From positions 1,080,001 through 1,112,000 of the forward strand of contig NZ_CP011304.1 of the NCBI RefSeq assembly GCF_000981785.2: a stretch of DNA of 32,000 nucleotides. Reading direction: 5' to 3'. Origin of the DNA: Microcystis aeruginosa NIES-2549. Its GTDB lineage: Bacteria; Cyanobacteriota; Cyanobacteriia; Cyanobacteriales; Microcystaceae. Shown here one piece after another: positions 26,737 through 32,000 of the stretch. The notes below the pieces were generated by a model. It did not search any database. It was not told the DNA's origin and saw only the letters and a list, made by a program, of their open reading frames with translations. The translations under genes and the position numbers were made by a program. Numbering within the stretch: the stretch's first letter is position 1; every line of letters starts with the position of its first letter.

Positions 26737-28008
26737 TTATTGTACTTGTCCGCGCAGAGCATAACGATCTTTTTCTAAACCGAAAGCGAAGAGAAAAGAA
26801 TGGCGTATGGTGGGGTTAGAAAGAGTAAAAAAGAGAAAGAGAGCGATAACAGCTAATCCTGACGATAAACTAAACATAGTTTTGTAGGAAATTGCTAAAA
26901 CCCCCAGAATTGGACCTGCTAAGGCCGTTCCCACATCAAAACCGCCGATACAGATAGAATAGGCCCGGCCGCGTTCTTGGGGTCCAGAGCGATCAGAGAT
27001 TAAAGCCAGTAACATAGGGAATAAAATCCCCCCTCCCGTACCTTCGAGAATAGCGGCTAAAATTAAATCGGAAGGAGATCGAGCAGAAGATAGAACCAAC
27101 ATGGATAAACCATAGCAAAAAACGCTAATAGTGATGAATAAACCCCGTCCATAGCGATCACTGGCTCCTCCCGACAAAATCCGTCCGATTACCCCCGATA
27201 CTGCCGCACAACTGTAGAATAGACCGGCACTGAAAGGGATCTGATTTTCGAGGAGAAACAGGGGTAAAAAAGCGACTAAACCGCCGAATAAAGTGCCAAC
27301 CAGCAGAAAAACTAAAGTGGGGACTAAAAAAGCTCGCTCTTGACATAATGCCCAAAAACTGCGCTCAATTGTCTGATTTTCTGCCTTCATTTCGGCTAAT
27401 TTTTTCTTGAAGTCCGGTTCTTGAATGGAGAAACTCAGGAGAAAGGCGATCGCTCCTGAAGTGGCGGAAACTAGAAATAAACCGTCATAACCGATCGATT
27501 CGTAGAGATAACTGCCTAAAGCTGGACCGATTCCCATGCCTATGGGTGCAGTTAAGCTCATATAACCAATTATCTCTCCCCGTTGACGAACGGGGCAAAA
27601 ATCCACCACTAGGGTACTGTAACCAGTGGTAAAAGCGGCGATACTGAGGCCATGGTAGGCGCGAACGGCGAATAAAGAGGAAAGATCGCGAAAAAATAGA
27701 TAACCGAGGGGTGCGGTAGCGGCGACAATAGTTCCAAATAAAACCACTAATTTGCGACTGCGGCGATCAACTAGATTGCCTAACCAACTGCGCGATAAAA
27801 TTAAACCGATAGCAAAGGCCCCCATGACAAAACCGATATCTTGTTTGCTACCGCCTAGGGAGTCAATATAGGTGGGGAGAGTGGGGACGAGAGTGGTGAT
27901 ACTTATCCAGAAAAACAGCGCCGTGACGAAGAGGATCAGTAGTTGACGACGAGTTTCGGCAGTAAGCGATCGAAAAGTTTTGAAAGCGTTCACAACAGCG
28001 ACCGTCAC
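26737..28008 (-). CDS. MFS transporter; start uncertain (GTG 28008 or GTG 27993; the track TTG at 28017 lies inside the ffs terminator U-run)
   Basis: ORF of about 420 aa with ~12 TM helices and the MFS loop motif G.L.DR.SRK. There is no ATG near the 5' end. Confidence 0.85.
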   Translation of the reverse strand: MTVAVVNAFKTFRSLTAETRRQLLILFVTALFFWISITTLVPTLPTYIDSLGGSKQDIGFVMGAFAIGLILSRSWLGNLVDRRSRKLVVLFGTIVAATAPLGYLFFRDLSSLFAVRAYHGLSIAAFTTGYSTLVVDFCPVRQRGEIIGYMSLTAPIGMGIGPALGSYLYESIGYDGLFLVSATSGAIAFLLSFSIQEPDFKKKLAEMKAENQTIERSFWALCQERAFLVPTLVFLLVGTLFGGLVAFLPLFLLENQIPFSAGLFYSCAAVSGVIGRILSGGASDRYGRGLFITISVFCYGLSMLVLSSARSPSDLILAAILEGTGGGILFPMLLALISDRSGPQERGRAYSICIGGFDVGTALAGPILGVLAISYKTMFSLSSGLAVIALFLFFTLSNPTIRHSFLFAFGLEKDRYALRGQVQ

Positions 28009-28020
28009 AGGCAACAAAAA

Positions 28021-28114
28021 GACCCGGAGATCACGCCAGTCACAAGCATCCCGTATTGCTGCTACCTTCCGGTCCTGACAAGGTTAAGGCGTTGCGATCG
28101 CATGAGTCCGAGTC
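28021..28114 (-). ncRNA. ffs: signal recognition particle RNA (4.5S-type SRP RNA)
   Basis: The minus strand reads GACUCGGACUCAUGCGAUCGCAACGCCUUAACCUUGUCAGGACCGGAAGGUAGCAGCAAUACGGGAUGCUUGUGACUGGCGUGAUCUCCGGGUC followed by UUUUU. It contains the conserved domain IV core GUCAGGnCCGGAAGGnAGCAGC. 5' GACUCGGA pairs with 3' UCCGGGUC. A TATGAT -10 box lies at 28126-28121. Confidence 0.85.
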
Positions 28115-28200
28115 TTTTCTATCATAACATCTTTTTCGGGGATACCGGTATTTTTTTCCGGAGAATTTCCTCTCAATCTAGACTGTGAACAGAAATTTCC

Positions 28201-29337
28201 TCAACGAGGGGGTTTTTGCAATTGTTGTTGTAGAGAAGTTTCTGGTTCGATCGCCAATCCGCTAAACTGTCGGATGAAGAGGGAAGGACTCTCGCTGGAA
28301 TCGGCAGCGAGGAAAAATAACCAACGGCTGCCGGGGGTGAGTTGTTCGATGGAATTGAGGTTACTTGTCAACCAAATTAGCGGTAAATTAGGCAGATTGG
28401 CGTTTTTTTGACTAGCTTTTGCATCTATAACCGCTAAAGTTTCTAAAATGACCCTTTCCCCCTGAATTAAACCCGTTTCACCGGTCCAGAGTTTCACATT
28501 TAATTGCCGACGATGGGCATAAAAATAGAGGGAAGCAGCGGCAATAATCGCCTGTTCAAAACTGTCTTCTTGCCAATCACAGAGGGTATCGAGACAGATA
28601 ATCACTTCCTGTCCCCCCGTTAACACTTCTAATTCCCGAATTTGCAATTCTCCCAAACGGGCGCTAGTTTTCCAGTGAATTAAACGGGTAGAATCACCCT
28701 GGCGATATTGTCTCAGGTTACGCGTAAGTCCTTGACTAGCCCTTTGATAATAGCGATTATTTTCTAATTTTTGTGCCACCTCTTGACCGAGGGAATCGAT
28801 CAGGGGACATTGTTGTAAGGGTAAAACTTGGGGATAAACTAAAGCTTTAGCCGCTGCTTGACTACAACGACGACACCAAAATAAACCGAGAGGGGCTGCT
28901 GTTCTTAATTGTACTTCTTGCCATTGATAAATACCCCTTTTACTGGTGGGTAAATAATAGGTCAAACGATGGCAACTTTTGGAGGCAATCGCTTCTATTG
29001 GGGTTATTTTTGGCTGATTGAGGACAATTGGCAGCAGATCTGTCACTTCTAACAGATTTATCGGCTGATTGCTAGTATTTTCTATCTCTAGGCTAATACT
29101 AAGATCGTCTCCCGCACTCACGGGTACAATGGCAAGACGACGCACTTTTAGGGGAAGAAGGGAACGACGGGGTAAAATTATTGATAAAATTAAAAGAGCG
29201 ATCGTCGTGCCACAGATAGCATACAACCATCCCGCCATGGTATTGGTCGCAGCTCCGAAAAAACAGAGGGTAATGCCAATGATTACCCCACCACCGTAAG
29301 CGGGTAAGATACCGCGATCTTCTAACCAAGTTTTCAT
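28201..29337 (-). CDS. DUF58 domain protein (vWA-like, normally a MoxR partner)
   Basis: ATG at 29337 gives MKTWLEDRGILPAYGG..FFGAATNTMAGWLY, the typical DUF58 N-terminus. The core contains YRQGDSTRLIHWKTSARLGELQIRELE. The track GTG at 29427 would extend into the repeated non-coding module. Confidence 0.85.
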   Translation of the reverse strand: MKTWLEDRGILPAYGGGVIIGITLCFFGAATNTMAGWLYAICGTTIALLILSIILPRRSLLPLKVRRLAIVPVSAGDDLSISLEIENTSNQPINLLEVTDLLPIVLNQPKITPIEAIASKSCHRLTYYLPTSKRGIYQWQEVQLRTAAPLGLFWCRRCSQAAAKALVYPQVLPLQQCPLIDSLGQEVAQKLENNRYYQRASQGLTRNLRQYRQGDSTRLIHWKTSARLGELQIRELEVLTGGQEVIICLDTLCDWQEDSFEQAIIAAASLYFYAHRRQLNVKLWTGETGLIQGERVILETLAVIDAKASQKNANLPNLPLIWLTSNLNSIEQLTPGSRWLFFLAADSSESPSLFIRQFSGLAIEPETSLQQQLQKPPR

Positions 29338-29370
29338 CGGGTTTAGTGGTTTTGTCGTCTTTGCTAGAAT

Positions 29371-29670
29371 GCTAAAAATCAGGACCACATCTCTATAATT
29401 CCCCCAAAAGCCCTGAGAAACTATCACAGAGATCGGACTGATCAGCCAAAAGATTTCTATCCCTTGCCACTACTGTTATTTTTCTTAACAAAACTTAACA
29501 ATTGAGGGCAAAATTTTGCTTGCTTTTGTGGGCAGATTTTGGGATAATATTTTTAAAAGAGTTTATTCATAATCGGAATCTAAGCAGTCAAAAATAAACA
29601 CAAACATCCCATTATGAAACAAGCATAACCCAAGCCGCCGCTAAAGTCAAGCACTCATTCCTAATAATTA
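29371..29670. repeat. copy 1 of a ~300-bp duplicated non-coding module
   Basis: Aligns by eye with 29932-30230. The core segments 29479-29586 and 29595-29655 each differ from copy 2 by a single base. Confidence 0.85.
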
Positions 29671-29931
29671 TTAGATTTCTTGCATAATTAATTTTTCAGA
29701 GTTCAAATATTTATTAGTACAAAAAGACCATTTGGAAGTTAAGGAATTGATCAGGGTTTGAGCGAGTCAATTGGCGATCGCATTTTCGGCACTTTTCTGC
29801 TTACTTTATTCGCTAAAAAGCATACAGGATAAAGGTAACAGCAATTTTAAAACCCTTCCCTTAAAAAAGTAAGCGAACAATGAGTCGAAGGCTCTGCCTT
29901 AAAGTAGTATTCAGGTAGAACCTGGGAACGC

Positions 29932-30230
29932 GCTAAAAATCAGGTCCACACTTCTAGAATTATCCCAAAAGCCTTGAGAAACTATCAAGGAGATCGGACT
30001 GATCTGTTCAGGGATTTCTCTTCCTTGCCACTCTTAGGACTTTTTCTTAACAAAACTTAACAATTGATGGCAAAATTTTGCTTGCTTTTGTGGGCAGATT
30101 TTGGGATAATATTTTTAAAAGAGTTTATTCATAATCGGAATCTAAGCAATTGCTGATAAACACAAACATCCCATTATGAAACAAGCATAACCCAAGCCGC
30201 CGCCAAAGTCAAGCACTTACTCTAATTATT
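29932..30230. repeat. copy 2 of the duplicated non-coding module
   Basis: See copy 1. It ends 45 nt from the aar stop codon. Confidence 0.85.
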
Positions 30231-30274
30231 TTTCGCCTGAAACTTCTAATTCCGTGGGGGGTTGGGGGTATGAA

Positions 30275-31294
30275 TTAAAATAACAAAGGTTGAAACCCGT
30301 GTTTGCGGGAAGCTGCGCCGATTTGTTCCATTTTAGGGACGGTAATTTGATTGCGTCCCCAGGAAAAATTAGTTTGCCAACCCTCCAACTCCAATAAAAT
30401 CGCCTCGGCAAAACAGGCAAACATTTGACGAGAGGGAATATCCATATTAACGATTTTCATAATTTTCCAGTCAATATCGAGGGAATGCTCGACAATGCCG
30501 CCCTTAATCACCGAAATATCGGGGGCATTTAACACCATGCCTAAATTTTTCGGATAACCACCATCAATAATAATACAGGGGCGCTTGAGTTTATCTAGAT
30601 CAATTTCCACCCCTTTAGGCATACTAGCCACCCAAACAATGATATCAGCTAGGGGTAAAGCCTCCTCTAGGGGAAGAATTTTACCGCGTCCTAACTCCTC
30701 TTGGAGAGATTGTAAACGCTCTTGATTGCGTGCCACATAGATTAGTTCTTTTGTATCGGTTTTTTCATTTAACCAACGACAAACGGCGCTGCCGATATCT
30801 CCAGTTGCCCCGCAAACCACGACAGTAGATTGAGCGAAATCGATGCCCATTTTTTCAGCGAGGGTTTCTACCTGAGTGCAGATGACGTAAGCGGTGTGGG
30901 TGTTACCGGTGGTGAAACGGCCAAAATCTAGCTCGATATTGCGCACCTGTCGATTATCTTTGAGATTAAACTCCTCGAAAATAATTGAAGAAAAACCGCC
31001 GAGTGCGGTGATATTGATATCACTTTTTTGAGCGAGTGCCATGGCATTTAGCACCTTACGAATAGCAGACTTTACCCAACGATTCGACAACATCTCTGGT
31101 AAAAAACAGGATTCGATATATTTTCCTCTGATGGTTTGCCCCGTGATGCTGGTGACATGAAAATCATCGACAATTTGCGGGGGGGCAGCACACCAAAAAT
31201 CTAATCCCTGGTTAGCATATTCAGGATAACCTAGATCGTCGGCGACCGATTGGGCGTGTTCTAAACTGGTAAGATGACCTATAAGACCAAACAT
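30275..31294 (-). CDS. aar: long-chain acyl-ACP reductase (alkane pathway)
   Basis: [15 protein letters not shown]...[11 protein letters not shown]...[14 protein letters not shown]...[27 protein letters not shown]. From memory it is colinear with S. elongatus orf1594. The ATG at 31294 is preferred over the track start at 31324. Confidence 0.95.
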   Translation of the reverse strand: MFGLIGHLTSLEHAQSVADDLGYPEYANQGLDFWCAAPPQIVDDFHVTSITGQTIRGKYIESCFLPEMLSNRWVKSAIRKVLNAMALAQKSDINITALGGFSSIIFEEFNLKDNRQVRNIELDFGRFTTGNTHTAYVICTQVETLAEKMGIDFAQSTVVVCGATGDIGSAVCRWLNEKTDTKELIYVARNQERLQSLQEELGRGKILPLEEALPLADIIVWVASMPKGVEIDLDKLKRPCIIIDGGYPKNLGMVLNAPDISVIKGGIVEHSLDIDWKIMKIVNMDIPSRQMFACFAEAILLELEGWQTNFSWGRNQITVPKMEQIGAASRKHGFQPLLF

Positions 31295-31377
31295 TGATTG
31301 TTCTTTCGTTAGACTAGATGGCACTAGATAAAAATTAGGATATTGCTAAGAAATCGTTAAGACTCTTAAATATAATA

Positions 31378-31406
31378 CACAAAAGCGCCGCTCTGTGTTG
31401 AGCGGC
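31378..31406 (-). terminator. hairpin plus U-run between ado and aar (partial terminator)
   Basis: The minus strand reads GCCGCTC-aacaca-GAGCGGC followed by GCTTTTGTG. TATTAT/TATATT -10 candidates follow at 31377-31369. Confidence 0.5.
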
Positions 31407-31443
31407 AGCCGGGGGGAAGAAAAGAAATTTCGATGCTGAAGCT

Positions 31444-32000
31444 TTAGACAGCAGTTAATCCGTAGGCAGACATTCGCATGATATCACGGGTGCTGAAACC
31501 AATATTGCTTAAAGCTTCCCCGTAGCTAATCATAAAGTCTTCCACGAGGGCCTCTTTTTCCATACCGAGGACGCGAGCATCATCCTCGACTTGATTGAGC
31601 ATTCTCCAGACAATGGGAAGATTAGCGCGATTTGCTGCTTCTAGTTCCTCTTTAGCGGTTTCAAAGTTAGCTTTTAGCCATTCTTCGCCAAAATTGAGAT
31701 GTAAATATTCGTCTTTAACTACGCTTTCAGTAATTTTACGCGCAAAAGGATCAGCAACAGGAATATAAATATTATAGGCAGCGATCGCAAAAGCTTCGAT
31801 AATCAAAGATTGGATTAATAAACAGGTGACAACTTTACCTTCTGCGTAGGCAATTTGGAAGTTCTCGTGCAGAGAGGAAAAGAATGCTCTGGCATAATCC
31901 ATATCAGGAGTGATTTGCAAATTTTGGCCGCAAGCTTGAAAACCTTTCATGTGACGGTTTTCCATTTTTGCCAGACGGTGTAACTCTTCTTTGTTATCGG
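31444..32000 (-). CDS. ado: aldehyde-deformylating oxygenase; 5' end runs off the window
   Basis: Reads ..[58 protein letters not shown], with ferritin-like di-iron EX2H motifs. The frame is open to position 32000. Confidence 0.95.
   Translation of the reverse strand, partial: DNKEELHRLAKMENRHMKGFQACGQNLQITPDMDYARAFFSSLHENFQIAYAEGKVVTCLLIQSLIIEAFAIAAYNIYIPVADPFARKITESVVKDEYLHLNFGEEWLKANFETAKEELEAANRANLPIVWRMLNQVEDDARVLGMEKEALVEDFMISYGEALSNIGFSTRDIMRMSAYGLTAV

Noticed and set aside
29584-29616. 10-codon minus-strand ORF conserved in length in both repeat copies: MGCLCLFLTA and MGCLCLSAIA.
   Set aside because: It is too short, has no RBS, and the two copies differ exactly in the swapped block. 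There is no basis to call it a peptide gene.

Overview
The window is a chromosomal segment of a unicellular cyanobacterium, most probably Microcystis. This rests on the many HIP1 GCGATCGC palindromes, heptamer short tandem repeats, ado/aar alkane genes, gifA, and group 2 and group 3 sigma factors. All homology calls come from reading the translations and from memory. No search was run.

Most of the window is housekeeping:
- dnaK (partial), adhA, gifA
- an amt, CPBP-protease and clpS same-strand cluster
- priA, a group 2 sigma factor, a class V aminotransferase, sigF, ruvB, hisF
- an AI-2E transporter, an RNase H-ACT fusion, a 2Fe-2S protein, purU
- a DUF3782-like nuclease, an MFS transporter, a DUF58 protein, aar, ado (partial)

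Two RNA genes are absent from the ORF track: tRNA-Ala(GGC) at 21651-21723 and SRP RNA (ffs) at 28021-28114 on the minus strand.

Three patches look like rearrangement scars or accessory DNA:
1. 4.0-7.6 kb is AT-rich. It holds decayed second copies of the CPBP 3' end and the last third of amt, followed by an intact 632-aa mosaic ORF (Hpt domain, STAND/AAA-like helical module, TM helix, Cys-containing tail).
2. 10.4-12.3 kb holds pieces of a STAND-type NTPase N-terminus, interrupted by an intact antitoxin plus RelE/ParE pair and capped by an Rpn/DUF4351 nuclease fragment.
3. 29.4-30.2 kb holds two copies of a ~300-bp non-coding module between aar and the DUF58 gene. Their ~170-nt core is almost identical while the flanks have diverged.

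No CRISPR array, rRNA or intact transposase was seen. The best candidates for something undescribed are the orphan membrane-anchored Hpt mosaic protein and the duplicated non-coding module. Neither is proven.
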